Positions 9,276-18,613 of a DNA stretch of 64,000 nucleotides are shown piece by piece (positions within the stretch are counted from its first letter, which is position 1; each line of letters opens with the position of its first letter). The notes below the pieces were generated by a model that made no database searches, was not told where the DNA came from, and saw only the letters and a program-made list of their open reading frames with translations. Position numbers and translations under genes: made by a program. Location of the stretch: the NCBI GenBank assembly GCA_050633245.1, contig JBOEGD010000018.1, forward strand, positions 128,001-192,000. Reading direction: 5' to 3'. The DNA is from Calditrichia bacterium. GTDB taxonomy: Bacteria; Calditrichota; Calditrichia; RBG-13-44-9; J075.

Positions 9276-9932
9276 TCACCGAAAGAATATCTCCCCAAAA
9301 AATTCCGGACGATGAAAGTCTGGTTTCGGATGATCAACAGGTGCCCATGTAAGCCAGTGAGGGTGACTGGATTTATCCGCACACTTGTAGAAGTTAGCGC
9401 GCCAAACGGTGTCTGGAGCAGGACGCTCCACCGAGGCATAGTGCTCAAGAATCGTGAATGGTAAACGGTATTCCACTCCCCAGGTAATGTCGGTTTTTAT
9501 CTCCTTATTAATACTCCCTTTAAGCGTATGCGCAATGTCTACCTTATTGCGTTCATCCGTGCGAAGAACTACACCCTCTCGCGGTGCCTTTTGCGCATGA
9601 AAAAGCATCTTGCCGCAACAGTTCATCTCAAGATTAAAATACCGGGTTGTTTGTTGCCGGCTTGGCGAGAAGAAAAATTCAACGCAACTGTCTTCATATA
9701 CCGGATCTTCATGCGCAGTTGCCATAGCTCTGACGTATTGGTCTTCAACCCGAAAGATGACGTAAAGCGCTTCACTACAGTAAGCAACTTTAAACTGGAC
9801 ATCGGGGAAATGGTTCGGATGTTCTCCCATATGGTGTGTTAGCGTTTCCGCCCGAATGCTTTTCCAGTTGTCATGCTCCCAATTTGCACTTACCTGATGA
9901 TGTGATGGCATTCTGCCAGCTATACAGCACAT
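9276..9932 (-). CDS. Carbohydrate-binding family 9-like protein
   Basis: VYEDSCVEFF, YFNLEMNC, WRANFYKCADK, PDFHRPEFFG motifs; GAGGA RBS. Confidence 0.85.
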   Translation of the reverse strand: MCCIAGRMPSHHQVSANWEHDNWKSIRAETLTHHMGEHPNHFPDVQFKVAYCSEALYVIFRVEDQYVRAMATAHEDPVYEDSCVEFFFSPSRQQTTRYFNLEMNCCGKMLFHAQKAPREGVVLRTDERNKVDIAHTLKGSINKEIKTDITWGVEYRLPFTILEHYASVERPAPDTVWRANFYKCADKSSHPHWLTWAPVDHPKPDFHRPEFFGEIFFR

Positions 9933-10093
9933 ATAAACTTCCTCTTTCTATCAATAGAGACGATTGGGATGAAATAATACAGAATATCAACCCAATATTG
10001 CAAAAACATCTACAAAAAATGGGGTTTATTACCTTATTATCTTTTGCTTACGTAAGGTGCTGCACAGTTCAGTTGATCTTGCGCTCCGTATAT

Positions 10094-10121
10094 TTAAGAA
10101 CCGGTATTATACTACCGATAC
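10094..10121 (+). promoter_or_regulatory. Possible sigma28 (FliA)-type promoter
   Basis: TTAA-N16-ACCGATAC, 28 nt upstream of the peroxidase start. Confidence 0.35.
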
Positions 10122-10149
10122 TGCTAGAGTATGTTAATAGGGGAAACCA

Positions 10150-11616
10150 ATGTCAGGACTGAAACAACTTTTTGTATTTACGACTATTCTGTTTTTGAGT
10201 GGAGAGACGTTACTTGCACAGTCACCGGGTGTAATTGACTTAAATAGTTTACCGGATTATGCCGGGCAAACAGCACCGATCTACATTGAGAAAGATAATA
10301 CACCGCTTGGTAATGCAATCACGAATGAAGGCGCAACACTTGGTCGAGTAATTTTTTACGACAAACGGATATCTGTTAATAATACCATTGCCTGTGCGAG
10401 TTGCCATCAACAGCAATTTGCTTTTGGCGATCCGGCAAATGTGAGCACCGGAGTCAATGGTACCACCGGACGCCACTCGATGCGCCTGGTAAATGCCCGA
10501 TTTGCAGACGAAACAAGGTTTTTTTGGGATGAACGCGCAAGCTCTCTTGAAGAACAGACGACTATGCCGATTCAAGATCATGCCGAGATGGGGTTCAGCG
10601 GTTCTCAGGGAGATCCGGCATTAGATTCATTGCTTACAAAAATGTCTCAACAAAAGTACTATCGTGTGCTTTTTGCTGCGGTTTACGGAGATAGTGTCAT
10701 TACCGAAGATCGAATGCAGAGAGCCATCGCTCAATTTATTCGCAGCATTCAGTCATTCGATTCGCGCTTCGACACCGGTCGTGCCCAGGTGGCGAATGAC
10801 GGAGCGCCGTTTCCCAATTTTTCGAATCAGGAAAATCAGGGTAAAAATCTGTTTCTTATGCCACCGCAGTTTAACCAAACGGGTACACGTGTAGGTGGCG
10901 GTGTTGGCTGTGCCGGATGTCATGGCCCACCGGAGTTCGACATTAACCCTAATTCTGGTAATAATGGGGTGGTGGTCTCCATTGGTGGAGGAACTGATTT
11001 TACCAACACGCGTGCACCTTCTTTGCGTGATGTTGTCGATGGTAATGCGAATCTTAATGGATCGCTCATGCACGATGCCGGTTTTCCCAGTTTGCTTTCG
11101 GTTGTGAATCACTACAATAATATTCAACCTGCTCCGGGTATTGACCCAAGGCTGACGCCGGGTGGTAATGGACAGAATTTGGCGCTCACTCAAAATGAGA
11201 AGGACAATCTGGTCGCATTTCTCGAGACGTTAACCGGATCTGATATATATGCCAACCCAATTTGGAGCACGCCTTTCGATGGTAATGGTGATTTAACAGT
11301 TATTCCGCAGGGAACGACTGGTATCGAGCCCGGATCTGGTGAACTGATTGCCGATTTTGTCCTTCGCCAAAATTATCCAAATCCCTTTAACCCGACGACA
11401 ACGATTGGATATGTGCTGAAGCGAGAAGGCCTGGTGCAATTATCTGTGTTCGATTTGCTGGGTAGGGAAGTTGCAGTTCTGGTAAATCAAAACCAGGCGA
11501 TCGGTAGCTATAGCAGCGCGTTCGATGCTACAAAGCAACCGGCAGGAATTTATCTTTATCGGCTTAGCTTTAACGGAATTCCTGTGCAAACTAAAAAGAT
11601 GTTGCTGGCAAAATAA
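10150..11616 (+). CDS. Diheme cytochrome c peroxidase/MauG-family protein with Por/T9SS-type C-terminal tail
   Basis: Signal peptide; two CxxCH motifs (CASCH, CAGCH); FWDERA, APSLR, MHDA; C-terminal QNYPNPFNPTTTI...GIYLYRL...TKKMLL. Confidence 0.88.
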   Translation: MSGLKQLFVFTTILFLSGETLLAQSPGVIDLNSLPDYAGQTAPIYIEKDNTPLGNAITNEGATLGRVIFYDKRISVNNTIACASCHQQQFAFGDPANVSTGVNGTTGRHSMRLVNARFADETRFFWDERASSLEEQTTMPIQDHAEMGFSGSQGDPALDSLLTKMSQQKYYRVLFAAVYGDSVITEDRMQRAIAQFIRSIQSFDSRFDTGRAQVANDGAPFPNFSNQENQGKNLFLMPPQFNQTGTRVGGGVGCAGCHGPPEFDINPNSGNNGVVVSIGGGTDFTNTRAPSLRDVVDGNANLNGSLMHDAGFPSLLSVVNHYNNIQPAPGIDPRLTPGGNGQNLALTQNEKDNLVAFLETLTGSDIYANPIWSTPFDGNGDLTVIPQGTTGIEPGSGELIADFVLRQNYPNPFNPTTTIGYVLKREGLVQLSVFDLLGREVAVLVNQNQAIGSYSSAFDATKQPAGIYLYRLSFNGIPVQTKKMLLAK

Positions 11617-11626
11617 GCCCGGTATT

Positions 11627-11668
11627 TGAACTGCCGAGGATCATGATCGGCAGTTCATGTTTTCTTCA
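11627..11668 (+). terminator. Intrinsic terminator
   Basis: TGAACTGCCGA-9 nt-TCGGCAGTTCA followed by TGTTTTCTT. Confidence 0.7.
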
Positions 11669-11818
11669 ATTTTCACAGGCTGACCGCAATCACTCCGCAA
11701 TCAGTAAAATCGAATATATTCCCCATTGATATTCATCTTTTTTAAATGCTATACGGCATGCTTTTTGCCGATTATATCACCAGAAATAGCATTGATTAAA
11801 TCAATTAAGGGGTTTGTT

Positions 11819-13573
11819 TTGCAGTTTTCTAAAAAAAGTGTATGGATTTTGCTCACATTAGTGTTTTTCTGGTACAGTTGCGGTTCAGATACCGCAAATT
11901 CGCCAAATGATCGCAATTCTGATGATACCGGCTCAGTAACGATTCGTCTCACTGATTCTCCGGCAGATTTCGAAAACGTTTATATTGCTATCGATGAAGT
12001 GAGCCTCATTTCCAATGGAAATGCGGTAAGCGTAATTGATACAACCATTCTTGTCGATTTACTGAAGTGGAATAATGGTGCATCTGTCTTAATTGCAACT
12101 GGTGACGTTCCCGTCGGGGAATACGATGCCGTTGAACTTAAGATTGGCTATGCGATCGTTCGTGTCGATCAGCAATCTTATCCCGCCAACGTAGACTTAA
12201 ATGATCAGAATGGCCGTCGGATCAGCTTTCCGATGGATATTACGTCTGGTAGTCAAAGTGAGGTTGTGCTGGATTTTGATGCGTCACGCTCTGTCCGCGA
12301 AAGCGGATCCACGAGCAATCCGATTTTTTCCCTACGGCCGAAAATTCGTGCGGTTTCACCTGCAAACACCGGAGCAATTGCCGGCAGTGTGGTCAATCCC
12401 GGTAATGGGGCAATGGCCTATGCCATTAGCTCAGGTGATACAATCGGTGGAACAATTATAGACAGATCTGATAATTCTTTTAAGCTGGCATTTCTGCCTG
12501 AAGGCAGCTACGTGGTTGCCGTTGAAGATGGACAGGGATCGGCTTACTATCAAACTAACGTAGCTGTGAGTTCGGGTAGCGATAATGACCTGGGTGCACT
12601 GACGCTGGAGTCTGCCACAGGCGGAACGTCAGTTTGCGGCAATGGAATATGTGAAGACGGTGAGGATGAAAATAATTGTCCTGAAGACTGTGGTCAGACT
12701 ACCGGACCGATTTGCGGTAATGGCATTTGTGAAGATGGTGAGGACGAGAACAATTGTCCGTCTGACTGCGGAAATACCGGCCCGAGTGAACACTTCGATA
12801 CCGAGCGCGCTAAGCCGGGTGTCGTAGGCGCCGTTAGCTGGCGTAGTCAAGCCGAAATTAACCGAGATCATCATGGAAGTAATGACATTGGTGATCCTGC
12901 TTATCCGCAGTACGATCCAACTCTTGATGCAGCCAAACTGTTTATTATGGACGGAGAGCCACTTTCCCAGTTGCGTTTTGAGTTTCAGTATGTTTCCGGA
13001 TCGGTTTGGACACAGCATGAAATTATGCTCGGACCGACATTGTTTACAAATGACTATACGCCGTATGGCATGAAGCTCTGGCGATGGGAAGATCCTGACA
13101 AAATTGAATGCACCGATGAAAGACGGTTAACAATGAATGTTGGCTTCGATACGGCTCCGCACGTTTACCACCGTGATGGTTGTCCGATCCCGGAGGGCGA
13201 AGTGCGCTTGTGGAATACAGCTGCAGATGCCTGGGATGAACAGCCCGGCGGTGAAACGAGCTGTATTTGGGAAGCAAATACGCCTCACCCTGAATGCTTT
13301 CGCTGGGCACCGGGTGTGTGGGTTCGTATGACGTATCACTTCGATTTCGTTGGTAAAACGCTTCACATTTGGGCACGGCGTTTTGATGAGGAAACCACGT
13401 ATAAGATTGTTGAATTTAGCGTTCCGGATTGGAATAACAACTATGGATTCAGCGTGGCTGGCGCGTGGCTTCACTCAACATCCCGAACGCACGGTAACTG
13501 GGATTCGGGTTTACCAACGGCACATATTTACGCCAGAAATCAGATTATTTCGACTAATCCAATTGGCTTCTAG
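11819..13573 (+). CDS. DUF4382 lipoprotein with Ig-like domain, two Cys-rich repeats and an unknown Trp-rich C-terminal domain
   Basis: Lipobox-like WYSCG; IRLTDSP and LDFDASRSV...LRPKIR (DUF4382). Start placed at TTG 11819 after AAGGGG. Confidence 0.7.
   Translation: MQFSKKSVWILLTLVFFWYSCGSDTANSPNDRNSDDTGSVTIRLTDSPADFENVYIAIDEVSLISNGNAVSVIDTTILVDLLKWNNGASVLIATGDVPVGEYDAVELKIGYAIVRVDQQSYPANVDLNDQNGRRISFPMDITSGSQSEVVLDFDASRSVRESGSTSNPIFSLRPKIRAVSPANTGAIAGSVVNPGNGAMAYAISSGDTIGGTIIDRSDNSFKLAFLPEGSYVVAVEDGQGSAYYQTNVAVSSGSDNDLGALTLESATGGTSVCGNGICEDGEDENNCPEDCGQTTGPICGNGICEDGEDENNCPSDCGNTGPSEHFDTERAKPGVVGAVSWRSQAEINRDHHGSNDIGDPAYPQYDPTLDAAKLFIMDGEPLSQLRFEFQYVSGSVWTQHEIMLGPTLFTNDYTPYGMKLWRWEDPDKIECTDERRLTMNVGFDTAPHVYHRDGCPIPEGEVRLWNTAADAWDEQPGGETSCIWEANTPHPECFRWAPGVWVRMTYHFDFVGKTLHIWARRFDEETTYKIVEFSVPDWNNNYGFSVAGAWLHSTSRTHGNWDSGLPTAHIYARNQIISTNPIGF
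12635..12772 (+). repeat. Two 60-bp coding repeats (CGNGICEDGEDENNCPxDCG), 78-bp period
   Basis: 12635-12694 and 12713-12772 are 19/20 identical as protein but diverge at synonymous sites. Confidence 0.9.
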
Positions 13574-13584
13574 GTTTTTTTGTC

Positions 13585-13614
13585 TTCAGTGGCGTAATTA
13601 ATTACGCCACTGAA
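13585..13614. repeat. Perfect 30-bp palindrome, probable terminator or stem-loop
   Basis: TTCAGTGGCGTAATT AATTACGCCACTGAA, 11 nt after the stop codon. Confidence 0.75.
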
Positions 13615-13758
13615 TGGCTGCTTTTTCCCACCGATTTTTTTACCTTTCCTGACTCCATTCGATCCGATTTGATTATGAAAAATCGGTTTGTTCCCTTCAT
13701 TTATTAATCGTTTATGTGGTTCAAGACGATACTGCTTAGGTAGCTATTTATCCTGGGA

Positions 13759-16482
13759 GTGGTAGAAGTGAAATCAACATCCGTGTTTAAATCCGATGTC
13801 CTTACACGAGAACTTGAAAAAGCAAGCCAATCCGGCAGATTTATTCTTTGGTTAGATCCGTTTCGTTTCGAGTGGTCGGAAGGAATGTATGCCATTTTTG
13901 GTTTGAAACAGTCTGAAAAGGCACCGGCCGGAGCAGCCTATTACAAAATTGTTATACCCGAAGATCGAGCATTTTGCCAATCGCAAATCGTTCTCTGTCT
14001 GAAAACTGGGGAAAGTAATTTTGTGCATCGTGTCCGTCTGAATGATTCCATACACTATTTGGAAACCCGCCTCTGGCGATCGAAAGAAAACGCGTTGTGC
14101 ATTGAAGGGATTTGTCGCGACGTCTCGGACTCGGAGGAGTTGTGTCAGAAGTTAAAGGACTCTGCGATTCAGGAGACCATGTGGAAAGCTGCATTGGAAA
14201 ATGCCGATCAGGGAGTATGGGATTGGGATATCGAGTTTTCAACGGTTTTTTTCTCCGATATCTGGAAACGGATGCTCGGTTATGAACCGGATGAAGTTTC
14301 AAATGATCTTGACGAATGGCAGAAGCGTGTTCATCCGGATGATTTATCAATCGCTTATGAACAGATTCAGGCTCACATTGATGGCAAGAGTGACCATTAC
14401 TCTCTCGAACACCGAATGTTACATAAAAACGGTGAGTATCTCTGGATATTGGCCAGCGGTAGAATTGTTGAACGGAAAGCCGATGGCAGTCCGAAACGCT
14501 TTATTGGCACTCATACAGACATCTCGCGTTTAAAGAAGGTTGAGAAAGATCTTAAACGCCTTGCCCTTGTAGCGGAAAAAACTCAGAATGCGGTGGTAAT
14601 TACCGATCTTGAGGGACGAATTAACTGGATAAACTCTAGTTTTGAAAAAATGACAGGTTATAGTCTGGATGATGTGTCCGGCAAAAAATCTACCGAATTT
14701 CGCTATGGCTCAAAGACAAATCAACAAACCGTCAAAGCGATTCAAATTGCAGTGCGAGCTGTTAAAAATTTTGATGGCGAATTGTATTGCTATAATAAAT
14801 CTGGTCAGGGGATCTGGCTAACCGTTTCTATTGCACCGATGTTTAATGCAGATAAGCATGTCGGCTTTATAACAATTGAGACAGATATTAGCCGACGTAA
14901 ATCAATAGAAGACAAATTACGACGATCTCAGCGTATGTTGCAAAAAGCGCAGGAAACTGCGAAGATTGGACATTGGCGCTACGATCTTCAGGTACAGAAG
15001 CTTGAGTGGTCTGTCGAAACAATGCGTATACATGAAGTAAGCCCGCACTTTGTACCCGAAGTTGAAACAGCTTTGGAGTTCTATCATCCTGATTCGAAGC
15101 CGATTGTTACAGCAGCCTTTGAGGAAGCCGTTGCCAACGGAAAGACGTTCGATCATGATCTGAAAATCATTACTGCTGCCAATCGCGTTCTTGACATTCG
15201 AACAATTGGAAAACCTGAATATGACTCTGGTGAGGTCGTTGCAATATCAGGAACATTTCAGGATATATCAGCATCGAAAGCGTATGAGAAAGAACTCATT
15301 GCAGCCAAGGAAAGCGCTGAAGCTGCCTCGCAGGTAAAGCAGGAGTTTTTGGCGATGATGTCTCATGAGATACGCACTCCTTTGAATGCGATTGTCGGTC
15401 TTACTCGACTCTTGTTGGATGAGAAGCCACGCGAAGACCAGCAGGAAAATTTGAATGCAATTGCCTCTTCTTCACGTAGTCTGCACATGCTTATCAATGA
15501 TATTCTGGACTACAACAAAATTGCAAGCGGCAAAATAGAATTTGCCGAAGTAGCCTTCTCTCCACGCCAAAGGTTTACTGAAATTTGTGATTCTATCCGC
15601 CATAAGGTTGAGGAGAAAAGCCTCGATTTTATTGTAGATATCGACCCTGCCATTCCGGAAAAGCTTATAGGCGATCCGAATCGTTTGGATCAGGTCATTT
15701 TTAATCTGCTGGACAATGCGGTTAAGTTTACCGTTGAAGGCGCGCTACGTTTTTCTGTTCTTACTACTACGCTTGAAGAATCGGCCTGTGAACTTCTATT
15801 TACTGTAGAAGACAGTGGAATTGGGATTACTGACATGCATATTGAGCGAATATTCGAAGGCTTTACTCAGGTACGCTCGGATATGGCGCGAACTGCTGAA
15901 GGGAGTGGGCTTGGGCTAACAATTACGCGCAACCTGGTTCAGCTACAGGGAGGGACTATAGATGTAAGAAGTACTCACGGAAAAGGCTCTACCTTCTTCT
16001 TTAAGTTGAGTTTTGATATACCCAAAACATCCCCATTGCTGAATAAGAGTCAAATAACGCATAAAAACAGTGCCGATTTCGCGCCACTTCAAAATGTTCG
16101 GGTATTGCTTGCAGAAGATAATCGGGTAAATGTTATGGTAGCCAGAAAATTTTTGCTCAAGTGGCAAATAGATGTTGACATTGCCGAAAACGGATTGATT
16201 GCTGTTGAAAAGGTTAAAGAGAACTATTTTGATCTGATATTGATGGATCTTCACATGCCGAAAATGGGTGGGCTTGAAGCAACGGCCAACATCCGCAAAC
16301 TCCCTGACCCGGTGAAGGCAAATATACCGATAGTTGCTCTTACTGCATCTGCATTAATCGAAACGCGCGATGAAATCAGCAAAGCTGGTATTGATGACCA
16401 TATAGCCAAGCCATTTAAACCGGAAGAACTCCATCAAAAAATATCGCACTATGTAAAATCGTCGCGAAAACAGGCTGAATAA
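13759..16482 (+). CDS. Cytoplasmic multi-PAS hybrid histidine kinase (PAS x4, HisKA, HATPase, REC)
   Basis: GVWDWD/VHPDD PAS_3 motifs; FLAMMSHEIRTPLN; NLLDNAVKFT; GSGLGL; LLAEDN...LMDLHMP receiver. Confidence 0.93.
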   Translation: MVEVKSTSVFKSDVLTRELEKASQSGRFILWLDPFRFEWSEGMYAIFGLKQSEKAPAGAAYYKIVIPEDRAFCQSQIVLCLKTGESNFVHRVRLNDSIHYLETRLWRSKENALCIEGICRDVSDSEELCQKLKDSAIQETMWKAALENADQGVWDWDIEFSTVFFSDIWKRMLGYEPDEVSNDLDEWQKRVHPDDLSIAYEQIQAHIDGKSDHYSLEHRMLHKNGEYLWILASGRIVERKADGSPKRFIGTHTDISRLKKVEKDLKRLALVAEKTQNAVVITDLEGRINWINSSFEKMTGYSLDDVSGKKSTEFRYGSKTNQQTVKAIQIAVRAVKNFDGELYCYNKSGQGIWLTVSIAPMFNADKHVGFITIETDISRRKSIEDKLRRSQRMLQKAQETAKIGHWRYDLQVQKLEWSVETMRIHEVSPHFVPEVETALEFYHPDSKPIVTAAFEEAVANGKTFDHDLKIITAANRVLDIRTIGKPEYDSGEVVAISGTFQDISASKAYEKELIAAKESAEAASQVKQEFLAMMSHEIRTPLNAIVGLTRLLLDEKPREDQQENLNAIASSSRSLHMLINDILDYNKIASGKIEFAEVAFSPRQRFTEICDSIRHKVEEKSLDFIVDIDPAIPEKLIGDPNRLDQVIFNLLDNAVKFTVEGALRFSVLTTTLEESACELLFTVEDSGIGITDMHIERIFEGFTQVRSDMARTAEGSGLGLTITRNLVQLQGGTIDVRSTHGKGSTFFFKLSFDIPKTSPLLNKSQITHKNSADFAPLQNVRVLLAEDNRVNVMVARKFLLKWQIDVDIAENGLIAVEKVKENYFDLILMDLHMPKMGGLEATANIRKLPDPVKANIPIVALTASALIETRDEISKAGIDDHIAKPFKPEELHQKISHYVKSSRKQAE

Positions 16483-16689
16483 CAACTACATAAGCGTACT
16501 TTTTCCCCTTCACGCTAGGGTAATTCATGCCAATTATCTATATTCGATCAGATTAAACTTCCCATTACCGATAACAGTTTCGACTTAATTCTTGCCATAC
16601 TATGCGCTGTGAAACATGGCGCTGTTCTAATTGCTCTATTTTTTAGAATAGATGGCAATTGTGCGAATATATAAGAAAATGAGGAGCTT

Positions 16690-18600
16690 ATGCTGCGCAC
16701 TCTACCCATTATTCTACTTCTTGCCGTTAGTTCAACACTCTCTGCTCAGCCAGATTGGGTGTGGGGTACCTATAAAGCTTCAGCAAATTATTCAATCCCT
16801 TCAGAAGTTTCTGTCGCAACCCTCCTTCTCGAGCGAGATGTGGTAATTAGCAGAAACAGTAATACTGAAACAAGAGTGCGTAAGGTTATCAAAGTCCTGA
16901 AAGATGATATTCGCGAGAAAGCAGTTCTTAAGATTCCCACTCATACCTGGCTGGAAATCAAAAAGACGAAGGGCTGGTTATTGCGGAAGGGCGACAAAGC
17001 GAAAAGCCTTAAGAAGGAAAACATTGTCGAAATGACGCCCGATGGATATTCGGATAGTCGAGTGTTAATTGCCAGTTTTTCAGATGTTGTTGCTGGTGAC
17101 GTTATTGCTTATGAGTATACTCTTAAAGAAAAGGGGTGGACCAGTCTGTTTCAACGCATGATCTTTCAGGTTCAGAACCCCGTAAAAAAAACAATTCTTC
17201 GACTAAAGATTCCAGTCGGATGGGTCTTGAATCGATACGAACGCAATATGGCTGAGTTTAGCCTTGCAGAGAATGGCAATGTTTTTGAATGGAGAGCAGA
17301 AAATTTGGCGTATCGCCCGAATGAAGCCCTGATGCCGCCTTGGGGCTATCTAACTCGCCGCATAGATTTTACAGCTCATAAGCCTGGCTCGCAAGATGAG
17401 AGACACTTCAGCAATTGGCAGGATGTTGCAAATTGGTATGCAGAACTTGCCGACAAACAGGATGCGCTCATCCCGACTATAAAAAATAAAACCAGTGAGC
17501 TCGTTAAGGGAGCAGCTACGCTGCAGGATTCTTTGGAAGCCATTGCGCGCTTCGTGCAGAGAGATATTCGCTATGAGGCTATTGAGATTAAAAAGGGGCG
17601 GTTTATTCCAACAGAAGCGGGAAAAACTCTCCACAACCTTTATGGAGACTGTAAAGATAAAACAACCCTTATGAGGGCAATGCTCAAGAGTATTGGATTG
17701 GAAACCTCGGCCGTGCTGGCAAGCGTCCAGTCTGCTGCAAATGATTCTCTGCCGACTCCTTTTCAGTTTGATCATTGTATTATCGCAATCTCAACTGCCA
17801 AGCTCCCTTCGGATAATCGCTTTGTCAGTGCTATTCGTAATAACTGGCTCTTTTTTGACCCTACGGATACCGCCACGCCGCTTGGTGAAATACCTTATTC
17901 ATTGCTGGGGAAGCCGCTTGTAGTTTGTAAGGCGAATATCGATGTGCTTCAGGAATTTCCTTATCAGGATCCGCGGAATCAATTTCGCCGATTCGCAGTG
18001 AACGGCGAGTTAACAAGTGATGGTGCTGTTAATATGAAGGTTAAGATTTCTGACCATGGCGGCCGGGCCCAGCGTCAGCGTTATTTTCAGCAGTCTTCCA
18101 CCGGCTCGGAACTTCGGGACGGACTTGCAGAACATCTGCAGTCTATTTTACCGGGCTCAAGCCTCAGCGATTTTATGGTCGAAGATATGGGAGACAGTAT
18201 TACCACAAACTTTACGGTAAGCCACACCAACTTTTTGGAATCTGTACCACCATACAAGGTGATGCGATCTTCTATTTTTGCACTTGCCCATATCGAAAAA
18301 CTACCGCGTGGGAAACGAGTTCATGACATCTGGTTTGGCAGCCCGGCTGAAGTAGAGGTGCGCAACCGTTGGGAATTACCTGAAAGCTGGAAAGTAAATC
18401 TCGATACAACGGCTCTTAAGCAAGACATTGGCGCGGTTCAATTAGAGAGCAATGCCAATATCCTGAATAATGTTGTGGTCATAACGAATCGCTATCGCAA
18501 TAGCGGTAAGATTATTGAAGCAAAAAAATATGGTGACGCCAGAAAATTGAGCGCGAAAGTAGGTAAGTTAAACGCAATGAAGATTCTGATTGAAAAATAA
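16690..18600 (+). CDS. DUF3857 plus transglutaminase-like protein (catalytic triad intact)
   Basis: Signal peptide; GDVIAYEY; GDCKDK, FDHCI, FDPT (Cys-His-Asp). Confidence 0.88.
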   Translation: MLRTLPIILLLAVSSTLSAQPDWVWGTYKASANYSIPSEVSVATLLLERDVVISRNSNTETRVRKVIKVLKDDIREKAVLKIPTHTWLEIKKTKGWLLRKGDKAKSLKKENIVEMTPDGYSDSRVLIASFSDVVAGDVIAYEYTLKEKGWTSLFQRMIFQVQNPVKKTILRLKIPVGWVLNRYERNMAEFSLAENGNVFEWRAENLAYRPNEALMPPWGYLTRRIDFTAHKPGSQDERHFSNWQDVANWYAELADKQDALIPTIKNKTSELVKGAATLQDSLEAIARFVQRDIRYEAIEIKKGRFIPTEAGKTLHNLYGDCKDKTTLMRAMLKSIGLETSAVLASVQSAANDSLPTPFQFDHCIIAISTAKLPSDNRFVSAIRNNWLFFDPTDTATPLGEIPYSLLGKPLVVCKANIDVLQEFPYQDPRNQFRRFAVNGELTSDGAVNMKVKISDHGGRAQRQRYFQQSSTGSELRDGLAEHLQSILPGSSLSDFMVEDMGDSITTNFTVSHTNFLESVPPYKVMRSSIFALAHIEKLPRGKRVHDIWFGSPAEVEVRNRWELPESWKVNLDTTALKQDIGAVQLESNANILNNVVVITNRYRNSGKIIEAKKYGDARKLSAKVGKLNAMKILIEK

Positions 18601-18613
18601 AGGAGCCGGACGT

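Noticed and set aside
12635-12772. Direct repeats as a CRISPR array
   Set aside because: Only two copies, in frame, with synonymous divergence; this is a protein repeat.
16548-16574. TCAG-N15-ACCGATAA as a sigma28 promoter for the DUF3857 pair
   Set aside because: The -35 match is poor and could arise by chance.
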